DNA of 64,000 nucleotides from Spirochaetia bacterium (GTDB lineage Bacteria > Spirochaetota > Spirochaetia > SZUA-6 > Bin103): positions 780,088 through 844,087 of the forward strand of contig CBDBOV010000003.1 of assembly GCA_965208575.1 (NCBI GenBank), in the 5' to 3' direction. This document shows, piece after piece, positions 1-8,669 of the stretch (within the stretch, counting starts at the first letter, position 1; every line of letters starts with the position of its first letter). The notes under the pieces were generated by a model. It was not told the origin of the DNA. It worked only from the letters and a program-made list of their open reading frames with translations, and ran no database searches. Made by a program: the position numbers and the translations under genes.

Positions 1-946
1 CCCCGAACGTGTCCCGCCCGCGGAACACGAGTTCCCGTCCGGGCCAGACGGCCAGCGCGTCCAACTTCTCCGGCAGACACAGTCCCGCTGCGCACAGCCG
101 GGCGAGGAAGGGGCGCCAGCCGGCGACACCGGCGTGCTGCAGCCTGCCCGGCTCGCCCTGGAACAGTTCGAGTCCGACGCGGGGTACGACGCCGGCCGCG
201 GTTACGCCGACCGCCAGCCGGAGCGAGCGAAACGACCCCTCGAACGCGGCCAGGAAGGCGGCGACTTTGCCGCCCGGTCCCCGCCACCGCAGCCCTTCCA
301 GCAGCGGCAGCGCACACGCCGGTTCCAGGGTGCGGCTGACGACCTTGAACGCTCGACCCGCGCGCCCCGGCATGATCCCGATGCAATCGACCATGCCGCC
401 GGCCGCCGCCAGCCCGTCGAACGTCCGCTCCAGCGCTCCTCGCTCCGCGCCGGTCAAGCGCCAGCCGGCGGCGCCCGCGATCCACGCTCCCACGGTCTGC
501 GCCGCCGGAAACCCGGCAGCGCCCTGGGCCGCCAGGTCGGATCGAATCCGTACGAACCGCCCATGGGGGCCACCCGGAGAGCCGGACGTGAGGTCGAACT
601 CGATGCCCATGTCGTCGGCCCACGGTGCGCTCTCCTCGATCGCGGCCAGATGGTCGCCGAACCCGGCGGCGGGGGACCCCGCCGCCGCCCGCTCGCCTTG
701 CCGCACGTAGTGCTCGGCGAGCCGACTCCCGCGCCGCACTGCCATGTAGAGGTCGGTTCCGGCCGCCGGGTCGCCGAGCCGCAGCTCGAAACCGAAGCCG
801 GTGCCCGGGTCGACCGGCAGTCCGCGGACCGCCTCGCGCAGGCGGAGCCAGCCGGCGCCGTCGATCAGCACCGGGGAAATCGCCCGCGAGAGGGCGTCGA
901 GGACTGCGCCGAACGCGGAGGCGGCATCGGCCGCCGGCAGGACCAT
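1..946 (-). CDS. Putative RiPP maturase, paralogue of 1427/1478..2467 (possibly ABBA prenyltransferase-like); partial, runs off the left edge; not in the ORF track
   Basis: Manual translation from ATG at 946 is open to base 1: MVLPAADAASAFGAVLDALSRAISPVLIDGAGWLRL...GFGFELRLG...MGIEFDL...PRVGLELF...LCLPEKLDAL. These motifs align colinearly with the + strand paralogue (LIDDRGWERL, FGFECRL, LEYDV, PRLGLEL, WCLPGKAEAL). Confidence 0.85.
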   Translation of the reverse strand, partial: MVLPAADAASAFGAVLDALSRAISPVLIDGAGWLRLREAVRGLPVDPGTGFGFELRLGDPAAGTDLYMAVRRGSRLAEHYVRQGERAAAGSPAAGFGDHLAAIEESAPWADDMGIEFDLTSGSPGGPHGRFVRIRSDLAAQGAAGFPAAQTVGAWIAGAAGWRLTGAERGALERTFDGLAAAGGMVDCIGIMPGRAGRAFKVVSRTLEPACALPLLEGLRWRGPGGKVAAFLAAFEGSFRSLRLAVGVTAAGVVPRVGLELFQGEPGRLQHAGVAGWRPFLARLCAAGLCLPEKLDALAVWPGRELVFRGRDTFG

Positions 947-1044
947 CCGCCGCAGCGTCCGGTTCCGGTGAGCGGCGTGTCAACGGCCGCCGTCCGCAGG
1001 CGACGGCACGAACATCACGAAAGATCGACCTTTTCCCCGTATCA

Positions 1045-1072
1045 TTTACAACAGTACACAATATGTTATGGT
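1045..1072 (+). promoter_or_regulatory. Sigma70-like promoter of the NHLP precursor operon
   Basis: AT-rich island in very GC-rich DNA: TTTACA (1045-1050), 16-nt spacer, extended -10 TG-n-TATGGT (1064-1072), upstream of the precursor RBS. Confidence 0.55.
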
Positions 1073-1157
1073 ATTTTGACCATGTTGTTCGAGATCCGAG
1101 GTTTCCGTGCGACGCCATCGCGGGGAATCAATCATGTCGACAACGAAGGAGACTTCG

Positions 1158-1430
1158 ATGAGTACGATCGAAACGACCAGCGGCGCGATGACCGCAACCG
1201 AGCTGCGCGATCAACTGTTCGCGAGGGCAGCCGATGACGACGAGTTCCGCTCGCGGCTCCTGGCGGATCCGAGTGCCCTCCTGCGCGACGACTACGGCAT
1301 CGTCCTGCCGGAGAACCTGAAGCTCCACGTCCACGAGGAAGACGCGACGACCGCTCACCTGGTGCTGCCGCGCTCCCAAAAGCTCACCGAAGAGGAACTC
1401 GCGTCCACCTCCGGTTCGTCGTATTACTGA
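1158..1430 (+). CDS. NHLP-leader (proteusin-type) RiPP precursor, 90 aa, predicted core SYY
   Basis: AAGGAG RBS before ATG 1158. Nitrile-hydratase-like leader motifs ARAADDDEFRSRLLADP, LKLHVHEE, HLVLP. Leader end LTEEELASTSGS matches the LSDEELEAVAGG double-Gly consensus. Adjacent to NHLP transport genes. Confidence 0.92.
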   Translation: MSTIETTSGAMTATELRDQLFARAADDDEFRSRLLADPSALLRDDYGIVLPENLKLHVHEEDATTAHLVLPRSQKLTEEELASTSGSSYY

Positions 1431-2467
1431 TCGCGTCGCTGGGACGCGGTGGCGCCGGATTCGCCGCTGTCCTGCGCTTGGCGCGTTCCACGCTGCCCGA
1501 GGCCCTTATCGATGATCGTGGCTGGGAGCGGTTGGCGGCGCGCGCCGGGAAGCTTCCCGCGGAGGCCGCCGATGCCATGTTCGGGTTCGAGTGCCGGCTC
1601 GACAATGGCGAAGCCGCGGCTGACTTGCTGCTGTCGGTCCCGCCGGCCGAGCGTTTCGCCGATGCCCTGGTTCGAGACAGCGCTGCGGCCGGCTCCCGAA
1701 CGACATCGCTCGCGCGTTTGCTGTGCGAATTGCGGCAGCCGCGGTCCCCGTTTGCGCCGGTCGTGGACTTGGTGGCGCTCGAGTATGACGTTGCCGGCGT
1801 GGAAGGCACTCAGGCGCCGGGTGTTTTCTTGCGCAGTACCGCGGCGAGCGGGTACGCGGACGCGCGCCTGCTGACCGCCGCCATCGCCCTGGCCGCGGGT
1901 TGGGACGAGGAACCGTGCGAACGAGACGCGGTCGCCCGCGTGCTCGCCGCGCTGCCGGCCGGCGCCGCGGTACGCTGGGCGGGGGCGTTTCCGGACCGCG
2001 AGAAGCGCGCCGTGCGGCTGTTGATCCGCGCCTTGGGCGACCGTGCGGCGGCGTTCCTCGCCCGGATCGGTTGGACCGGCGATGCCCCGGCCATCGACCG
2101 GATACTGGCTCCGTTCCACGCCGTCGGAGTGGACAACTGGGTGCTCGCCCTCGACGTGGCGGCAGGACGCATAGCGCCCCGACTCGGGCTCGAACTGTCG
2201 CGGCCAGGGCGCGCCGCCGGGAGATGGAGGCAGGCGCTCGCGATGATGACCCGCAACCGCTGGTGCCTGCCCGGGAAAGCGGAGGCACTCGGCCGCACTA
2301 CCCGCAGCGAACGGTTCTTCTCGCCCGCCGGCGTCTCCGAACTGCACTGCGGGCTCCATCACGTCAAGCTGGCCGTCGCGGGCGGCGAGCGCGGCGTCGG
2401 CACTTCCGGCGACGGTGTAGCGGGAGCGAAGGGCTATGTGGCCTGCGTGCTGCGCCGGCTGTCGTGA
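1427..2467 (+). CDS. Putative RiPP maturase (uncharacterised family, possibly ABBA aromatic prenyltransferase-like); start is CTG 1427 or TTG 1478
   Basis: Lies between the precursor and the transporter genes. Motifs FGFECRL, LEYD, PGVF, RLGLEL, LHHVKL, AKGY. Similarity to the paralogue extends upstream of the TTG at 1478. Confidence 0.75.
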   Translation: MIASLGRGGAGFAAVLRLARSTLPEALIDDRGWERLAARAGKLPAEAADAMFGFECRLDNGEAAADLLLSVPPAERFADALVRDSAAAGSRTTSLARLLCELRQPRSPFAPVVDLVALEYDVAGVEGTQAPGVFLRSTAASGYADARLLTAAIALAAGWDEEPCERDAVARVLAALPAGAAVRWAGAFPDREKRAVRLLIRALGDRAAAFLARIGWTGDAPAIDRILAPFHAVGVDNWVLALDVAAGRIAPRLGLELSRPGRAAGRWRQALAMMTRNRWCLPGKAEALGRTTRSERFFSPAGVSELHCGLHHVKLAVAGGERGVGTSGDGVAGAKGYVACVLRRLS

Positions 2468-2482
2468 CCGCGGAAGCGTCTC

Positions 2483-3280
2483 GTGACCGGCCTGGGCAAC
2501 AGCCCGTTTCGAGAGCGCGCCATCGTCCGCAATGCACAGCCGGAACCGCTCGACGACCGCGCCCAGGTAACCGCGCCTCGTGAGTGGGTGGTGCTCGCCT
2601 GCCTGGGACTGGCTCTTGCTGCGCTCGTCGCCTGGGGTGTCTTCGGCAGCGTGGAACGCACGCTGCGCACCGGCGGCGTGCTGGTCCTGTCCGGCGAACG
2701 GCGCACGCTCCTGTCGGGGGCCGCGGGAACGGTGACCGAGATACGGGCGCCGGTGGGGCGACGGGTGGCCGGCGGCCAGGCGATTGCCCGTATCGCCCTT
2801 GCCGAACACCCGGGGTCGGCGGTGGAGGAGACCATCGTCAGTCCCGGCAATGGCGTGGTAGCCACCCTGCTTGTCATGCCCGGACAGGCGGTTCCGGCCG
2901 GCGGCCCGGTCGCCGACGTCGTGTATGGCGCCGCCGGCCGGATGGATGCGGTGGCGTTCGTCTCGCCGCGCGAAGCGTGGCTGCTCGGCGCCGGCCTGAG
3001 CGCGCGCGTGGCGGTCGAGTCGCCGGCGGGCGTCCGCGTGCTGCCGGCCACGCTCACCGCGATCGCGCCGCGCGCCGCGAGTCCTCCGGGTTGGCTGACG
3101 CGGATGGTACCGGACGCCCCGCTGCCGCGACGGGGTCATCTCCTCCGGGTCACGATCGCGAACACGCCGCGCGCCGGGCACTCGGACGATGCGCCGCGAG
3201 GTCTCGACGATGGCACGCCGTGCCGGATCGAGGTCGTGGTGGAACGCACGTCTCCGTTCAGTCTTCTGATCCGCAGGTAG
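2483..3280 (+). CDS. NHLP-system secretion/membrane-fusion (HlyD-like) adaptor, short form
   Basis: N-terminal FRERAI...PEPLD...VTAPREW motif, one TM helix ending AWGVFG, split lipoyl-like halves, C-terminal ERTSPFSLL, as in NHLP-cluster adaptors. Confidence 0.85.
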   Translation: MTGLGNSPFRERAIVRNAQPEPLDDRAQVTAPREWVVLACLGLALAALVAWGVFGSVERTLRTGGVLVLSGERRTLLSGAAGTVTEIRAPVGRRVAGGQAIARIALAEHPGSAVEETIVSPGNGVVATLLVMPGQAVPAGGPVADVVYGAAGRMDAVAFVSPREAWLLGAGLSARVAVESPAGVRVLPATLTAIAPRAASPPGWLTRMVPDAPLPRRGHLLRVTIANTPRAGHSDDAPRGLDDGTPCRIEVVVERTSPFSLLIRR

Positions 3281-3285
3281 GGACG

Positions 3286-5520
3286 ATGCCGAAGTTCACG
3301 CGCCGCGTACGCACGCCGCTGGTGTTTCAGATGGAGGCGACCGAGTGCGGCGCCGCGTGCCTGGCCGCCGTGCTCCGCCATTTCGGACACTGGGTGTCGC
3401 TCGAGGAGATGCGCACAGCGTGCGACGTGGGCCGCGACGGCTGCTCCGCCGCCGACATCGTGCGCGCGGCGCGCCAGTACGGGCTGCAGGCGACCGGGTG
3501 GAGGCAGGACCTGGAGGATCTTCCCGGGCTGTCGCTGCCGGCCATCCTGTTCTGGGAGTTCCGGCACTTCGTGGTGCTGGAGGGGATCGGCCGGCGAGGC
3601 TACCATCTCAACGATCCGAGCCGCGGCCGGCGCGTGGTGGATCGGGACGGTTTCGACCGTGGATTCACCGGAGTGGCCCTGGAACTGGAGCCGGGTGAGT
3701 CGTTTCGCCGCACCGGGAGGCCGCCGGGCGTGCTGCGCCGACTGTGGCCCTGGGTCCGTGGACTCTGGCCGTCGCTCCTGTTCGCGGTCCTCGCCGGGCT
3801 GCTGCTCGCCGCGCCGGGGGCGGCGGCACCGGTCCTGCTGGCGCTGTTCGTCGACGACGTGCTCGCCGGCGGCCAGAGCCACTGGAGCGGTGCCCTGGTG
3901 GGCGCCATGGCCGCCGCCGCGGCGGTCGCCTACCTCCTCACCTGGCTGCGCGTGCGAGCGCTGCGGCGGCTGTCGGTCGCGGTCGCGGTCCGGCAGGCGG
4001 ATCGCTTCGTGGGCCGTCTGCTGGGCCGGTCGGCGCGCTTCTTCGCACGGCGCATGGCAGGAGACCTGCTGTCGCGGATGCACTCCATCGAGCGGGTGGT
4101 CACCGTCGGCGTGCAGCAGTCGGTGGGCGTGACCGTCGAGTTGGCGATGAGCCTGGCGTTCCTGTCGCTGATGTTCGTCTACGATGCGGCGCTTGCCGCC
4201 TTCGTCGTGGTGGTCGCGGTGTCGTGCGCGGCCGCGGCGCGGCTCGCAAGCCGCTGGCGAACCGACGACAGCCATGCCCTGCGCCGCGAGCAGGGCCTGT
4301 GGACCGGCGTCGGTCTCGGGGGACTGCGCATCGTCGAGACCATTCAGGCGACCGCGTCCGAGGATGGCTTCTTCGCGCGCTGGAGCGGGCACCAGGCGCG
4401 CGAACTGAACGCCCGCCAGCGATTCGAGGAGCTCGGGCACGTCACCGAGGCGGTGCCGATCCTGTTTACCGCGCTCGGCGGGGCCGCGGTCCTGGCGATC
4501 GGTGGATGGTACGCGTTGGCGGCGGCGATGCCGCTCGGCAGCCTGATCGCATTCTACGTGCTGGCGTGGAACTTCCTGCAGCCGGTGGGGCGCTTCGTGC
4601 GGTTTGCCGAACTGGTGCGCACGCTGGACGCGGAGCTGGCGCGGCTGGAGGAGGTGCTCGATCCGCAGAACGCGGATTTCGATCCGCCGAACACGGAGTC
4701 TGGCCCGCGGAACGCGGGGAGCGCCGCGCCGGATGCGCGGCACGCGGCTGAACCGCCCGCCGCGCCGGGTATCGTGAGCGTCGGCGGGCGGCTGCGGCTG
4801 CGCGGCCGGCTCGAGATGCGTGACGTGACGTTCGGGTTTCAGCGCTATCGTCCGCCGCTGATCGACCGATTCAACCTCACGATCGAGCCCGGCCAGCGCG
4901 TTGCCATCGTCGGGCCGAGCGGATCGGGCAAGTCGACCCTGTCGCTGCTGGCGGCAGGGATCTACCGGCCCTGGTCGGGCCGGATACTGTTCGACGGAAT
5001 GAGTCGCGGGGAGATTCCGCCCGACGTGCTCAACGACTCGATTTCCGTCGTGACCCAGGACACGGCGTTGATCGCCGGCTCTGTGCGCGACAATCTCACG
5101 CTGTGGGACCCGAACGTCCCCGACCCGTTGGTGATCGGCGCCGCCCGCGATGCGGTGATCCACGACGACATCATCGCCCGGTCCCGTGGTTACGACGCCG
5201 AGGTCGAGGAACGCGGGCGCAATTTCAGCGGCGGCCAGCGCCAGCGGCTGGAAATTGCTCGCGCGCTGGTCACGGGCCCTGCGCTGCTGATTCTCGACGA
5301 GGCCACGGCGGCGCTCGACGCGGTCACCGAGGTCCGGATCGATGACGCACTGCGCCGCCGCGGCTGCTCGTGCCTGATCGTCGCCCACCGCCTGAGCACG
5401 ATCCGCGACTGCGACCGCATCATCGTGCTCGACGGCGGGCGGGCGGTGCAGGACGGCGTGCATGACGATCTGATCGCCGCCCAAGGCGGTCTCTACCGGG
5501 AACTCGTCCATGCCTCCTGA
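3286..5520 (+). CDS. NHLP-system ABC transporter with C39 peptidase domain (peptidase/permease/ATPase)
   Basis: QMEATECGAACL (catalytic Cys), HFVVLEG (catalytic His), TM domain, Walker A GPSGSGKST, signature FSGGQRQR, Walker B LILDEAT. True start ATG 3286. Confidence 0.93.
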   Translation: MPKFTRRVRTPLVFQMEATECGAACLAAVLRHFGHWVSLEEMRTACDVGRDGCSAADIVRAARQYGLQATGWRQDLEDLPGLSLPAILFWEFRHFVVLEGIGRRGYHLNDPSRGRRVVDRDGFDRGFTGVALELEPGESFRRTGRPPGVLRRLWPWVRGLWPSLLFAVLAGLLLAAPGAAAPVLLALFVDDVLAGGQSHWSGALVGAMAAAAAVAYLLTWLRVRALRRLSVAVAVRQADRFVGRLLGRSARFFARRMAGDLLSRMHSIERVVTVGVQQSVGVTVELAMSLAFLSLMFVYDAALAAFVVVVAVSCAAAARLASRWRTDDSHALRREQGLWTGVGLGGLRIVETIQATASEDGFFARWSGHQARELNARQRFEELGHVTEAVPILFTALGGAAVLAIGGWYALAAAMPLGSLIAFYVLAWNFLQPVGRFVRFAELVRTLDAELARLEEVLDPQNADFDPPNTESGPRNAGSAAPDARHAAEPPAAPGIVSVGGRLRLRGRLEMRDVTFGFQRYRPPLIDRFNLTIEPGQRVAIVGPSGSGKSTLSLLAAGIYRPWSGRILFDGMSRGEIPPDVLNDSISVVTQDTALIAGSVRDNLTLWDPNVPDPLVIGAARDAVIHDDIIARSRGYDAEVEERGRNFSGGQRQRLEIARALVTGPALLILDEATAALDAVTEVRIDDALRRRGCSCLIVAHRLSTIRDCDRIIVLDGGRAVQDGVHDDLIAAQGGLYRELVHAS
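4660..4722 (+). repeat. Three degenerate 21-nt tandem repeats in the TMD-NBD linker
   Basis: GATCCGCAGAACGCGGATTTC / GATCCGCCGAACACGGAGTCT / GGCCCGCGGAACGCGGGGAGC. Confidence 0.65.
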
Positions 5521-8494
5521 ACACGGTTCCGGGGCCGCCGCCCGGCGGCCGGGGCGTCGCGCCGGGATCGCGGGGATCGCCGGCATGGCCGGGGTGCGCG
5601 GCGAGCGCGTGGTGAGCGCGGCGAACCTCCCGGTGCGGCTCGATGACCCCGAAAGCGTGTGGCTGGTCGAGCACGGCGCACTCGACGTCTTCCTCGTGCG
5701 CTTCTGCGACGGCATGGCTGAGGCGCCGTTTCACCACGTGCTGCGGCTGGAAACCGGACGGCTGGCCTTCGGTTCCGCCGCCGCCGAGGAATTGAGGGTG
5801 GTGGCCAAGGGGCTGCCGGGCACCATCCTGCGGCGGATGCCGGTCGCCGACCTCGCCGCCGGACCAGCCGACCTCGGCGCCGGAACGAGCGACCTCGGCG
5901 CCGGAGCGGGCGGCGGTGCCGACATGCTGCGCCGCGCGCTCGCCGCGCACGCCGACCACTGGATCGGCGGTTTCGTGTCCGCGATCGCCGCCCAGGTGGA
6001 GCCTCGACCGCGCCCGGAGGTATTGCTCGCCGAAGGAGTCAGGAGCGGCGTCAGCGGGGTGGTAGCGAGCGCCGAAGGCGTGGTGTGGGTGCACGGCGGC
6101 GCGGCGGCGCTGTTCGGCACCGAAGATCCGCGCGAGGGGGAACTCGTGCCGCTGGCGCCGGCCGGCTGGGCCACGCTCCATGAACCGGCCCGGATTACGG
6201 TTCGCACCTCGCGCGCACTCGGCAGCGAGGAGCTGTTGTCCCGCGCCCTGCCGGGGTTCCATCGCCTGGCATTTGCCGCGGAGTTGTTCAACCGGCAGTT
6301 GGCGCTGGCCGACCAGGCCAATCTGCAGGTCGCGCGTTCGGCGTGGCGCCGCCGCGACGAGGACGAGGCGCGCGGACGGCTGTACCGCCTCATGGCGCCG
6401 GGTGCGCCGGGTGCGCCGGCCGCCTCGAGCGGCGCGGCGTTGATGGCCGCGGTGGGTGCGGTGGGCCGCCACGAGCGCATCGCCGTCCGGGAGCCGGCCA
6501 CGCTCTCGGACGAGCCGCCGACGCTCGCCGGCGTCCTGCGCGCGTCGGGAGTCCGGGCCAGGCGGGTGCGCCTCGCTCCGGGGGACCGATGGTGGCGCGG
6601 CGACAGCGGCGCGATCGTCGCCTTCCGGCGCGACGGCGGCGCGCCCGTCGCCCTCCTGCCGGGAGCGACCGGGCGCTATCGGCTGCACGACCCGCAGACC
6701 GGCGGCTCGGCGCCGATCCGGCGCTCGGCCGCCGCCGAGCTGGCGGACCACGGCTACGTGCTGTACCCGCCGCTGCCCGACGGCGGACCCGTCGGCCTGC
6801 GGACGCTGCTGGCGACCGCCGCCGGCAGGTTCGGCGCCGACCTCGCCCGGGTCGTCGCGGCCGGGTGTGTGGCGGGCGTCCTGGCGCTGGCGCCGGCCGC
6901 GGGCATCGGCGTGCTGGTGGACCGCGTCATCCCGTCGAACGACCACCGGGCCCTGCTCCAGCTCGCGGCGGTGCTGGTGGTGCTCGCGCTCACCGGGGCG
7001 CTGGCCCACGTGCTGCGCGGCACCGCGGTCATGCGCATCGAGGCTCGGCTCGCCGCCCGCGCCACCGCCGCGCTCTGGGACCGCCTGCTGCGGCTGCCGA
7101 TCCGGTTCCACCGCAAGTACAGTTCGGGCGAGCTGTCGACGCGGGCGCTGGCGTTCCAGACCGCGCGCGACCGGCTCTCCGGAGCGGCCGGGGCCGCGCT
7201 GCTGTCCGCCCTGTTTCTGGTGCTGTCGATCTGCCTCGTACTCCTGTACGACGCGGTGCTCGGCTCGGTGAGCCTGGGCATCGGGATCATCGCCCTGGCG
7301 GTGACGGTCGCTCTCGGGGCGGCGCAGCTTGCGCCCGGGCGCCGGCGATTCCGCGAGGAACGTCTGCTCACCGGCCGCATGTCGCAATTCATCGACTGCA
7401 TCCGCAAGCTGCAGGCCGCCGGCGCCGAGCAATCCGCGCGTGCATCGTGGGCGCGGCGCTACCGCGAACAGAAACTGGCGGAGATGCGCGCCGGCGTGCT
7501 GGACGAACACCTGAAGGCGTTCAGCGCAGCGGTGCCCCTGATCGCGGGGGCTGCCCTGTTCGCGGTGTCCGCGGCACGGCAGGACGGCGCCCTCGGGGTC
7601 GCCGAGTTCGTGGTCGTGTACGTCGCTTCGATGATTTTCTACGCCGCCATCATCGCGCTCGGCGGCGCGTTCGAAGCGGTTGCGTCGGTCGTTCCCGCCT
7701 GTGAGCAGATTCTGCCCGTGCTTGCCGCCACCCCCGAGGACGCAAGCGGACGGGGTCCGCCGGTCGTGCTCGGGGGCGGACTCCGCTTCGATTCGGTCAG
7801 CTTTCGCTATGGCGACGCCGGCCCGCCGGTGCTCGATGGCGTCACCTGGTACGCGGAGCCGGGCGAGTTCGTCGCCATCGTCGGCGAATCGGGAGCCGGC
7901 AAGAGCACACTGGTGGGCGTCGCGCTCGGGCTCGAGGCGCCGACCGGAGGCGCCGTGTACTACGACGACCGCGACCTTGCCCATCTCGACCGGGTCTCGG
8001 TGCGCCGGCAGGTAGGTGTCGTCCTGCAGGATGGCGGCAGCCACATCGGCACGGTGCTCGACAACATCATCGGACTGGACCAGGCCCTGACCGCCGGCGA
8101 TGCCTGGCGCGCCGCCCGGCTGGCAGCGGTGGACCGCGACATCGCCGCGATGCCGATGCAGATGCACACCGGCATGGGTGAGCGTGCGGCGGTCGTGTCC
8201 GGCGGGCAGAGCCAGCGCATTCGCATCGCCGCCGCGCTGGTCCGCAACCCGCGCATCGTGTTTCTCGACGAGGCCACCAACTGGCTGGATCGCACGAACC
8301 AGGCGGCGGTGATGGAGGGATTGCGCACGTCCACTGCCACGCGCATCGTCATCGCCCACCGCATGTCGACGATCCGCGAGGCTCACCGCATCTACGTGCT
8401 CGAAGCCGGGCGGATCGTGCAGGTCGGCCGGTTCGACGAGCTCGCCGGCACCGACGGCCCGTTTCGCGACCTGGTGCGCCGGCAGATGCCGTAA
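5510..8494 (+). CDS. NHLP-system ABC transporter, second (peptidase-less) subunit with N-terminal extension
   Basis: LDDPESVWLVEHGALDVF N-terminal motif, RARRVRL..WW..DSG motif, TM domain, GESGAGKST, VSGGQSQR, FLDEAT. Overlaps the previous gene by 11 nt. Confidence 0.9.
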   Translation: MPPEHGSGAAARRPGRRAGIAGIAGMAGVRGERVVSAANLPVRLDDPESVWLVEHGALDVFLVRFCDGMAEAPFHHVLRLETGRLAFGSAAAEELRVVAKGLPGTILRRMPVADLAAGPADLGAGTSDLGAGAGGGADMLRRALAAHADHWIGGFVSAIAAQVEPRPRPEVLLAEGVRSGVSGVVASAEGVVWVHGGAAALFGTEDPREGELVPLAPAGWATLHEPARITVRTSRALGSEELLSRALPGFHRLAFAAELFNRQLALADQANLQVARSAWRRRDEDEARGRLYRLMAPGAPGAPAASSGAALMAAVGAVGRHERIAVREPATLSDEPPTLAGVLRASGVRARRVRLAPGDRWWRGDSGAIVAFRRDGGAPVALLPGATGRYRLHDPQTGGSAPIRRSAAAELADHGYVLYPPLPDGGPVGLRTLLATAAGRFGADLARVVAAGCVAGVLALAPAAGIGVLVDRVIPSNDHRALLQLAAVLVVLALTGALAHVLRGTAVMRIEARLAARATAALWDRLLRLPIRFHRKYSSGELSTRALAFQTARDRLSGAAGAALLSALFLVLSICLVLLYDAVLGSVSLGIGIIALAVTVALGAAQLAPGRRRFREERLLTGRMSQFIDCIRKLQAAGAEQSARASWARRYREQKLAEMRAGVLDEHLKAFSAAVPLIAGAALFAVSAARQDGALGVAEFVVVYVASMIFYAAIIALGGAFEAVASVVPACEQILPVLAATPEDASGRGPPVVLGGGLRFDSVSFRYGDAGPPVLDGVTWYAEPGEFVAIVGESGAGKSTLVGVALGLEAPTGGAVYYDDRDLAHLDRVSVRRQVGVVLQDGGSHIGTVLDNIIGLDQALTAGDAWRAARLAAVDRDIAAMPMQMHTGMGERAAVVSGGQSQRIRIAAALVRNPRIVFLDEATNWLDRTNQAAVMEGLRTSTATRIVIAHRMSTIREAHRIYVLEAGRIVQVGRFDELAGTDGPFRDLVRRQMP
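5846..5908 (+). repeat. Three 21-nt in-frame tandem repeats (ADLAAGP/ADLGAGT/SDLGAGA)
   Basis: GCCGACCTCGCCGCCGGACCA / GCCGACCTCGGCGCCGGAACG / AGCGACCTCGGCGCCGGAGCG. Confidence 0.75.
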
Positions 8495-8669
8495 CCGCGC
8501 CGCCCCAGCGCCAGCGTCACGCAGGATGAAGTAGGCGACGGCGGGTGCCGCCACGATCCGCAACGGGTGCTCGCGCCGGAGCGCCCTGGTGAGTCTGCCG
8601 ATAGCGGTGGCGGGCGCGATGCGCAACTCGCCGCGCGCTGCTCCGCCGGCTGCTGCGCAGTGGTGCCGG

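Noticed and set aside
9-1237. Plus-strand ORFs 9..710, 134..1237 and 625..1161
   Set aside because: Shadow frames of the real minus-strand maturase paralogue; no recognisable motifs.
2584-3285. N-terminal extension of the 978-aa ORF, suggesting a fusion
   Set aside because: It overlaps the adaptor gene in another frame; the transporter starts at ATG 3286.
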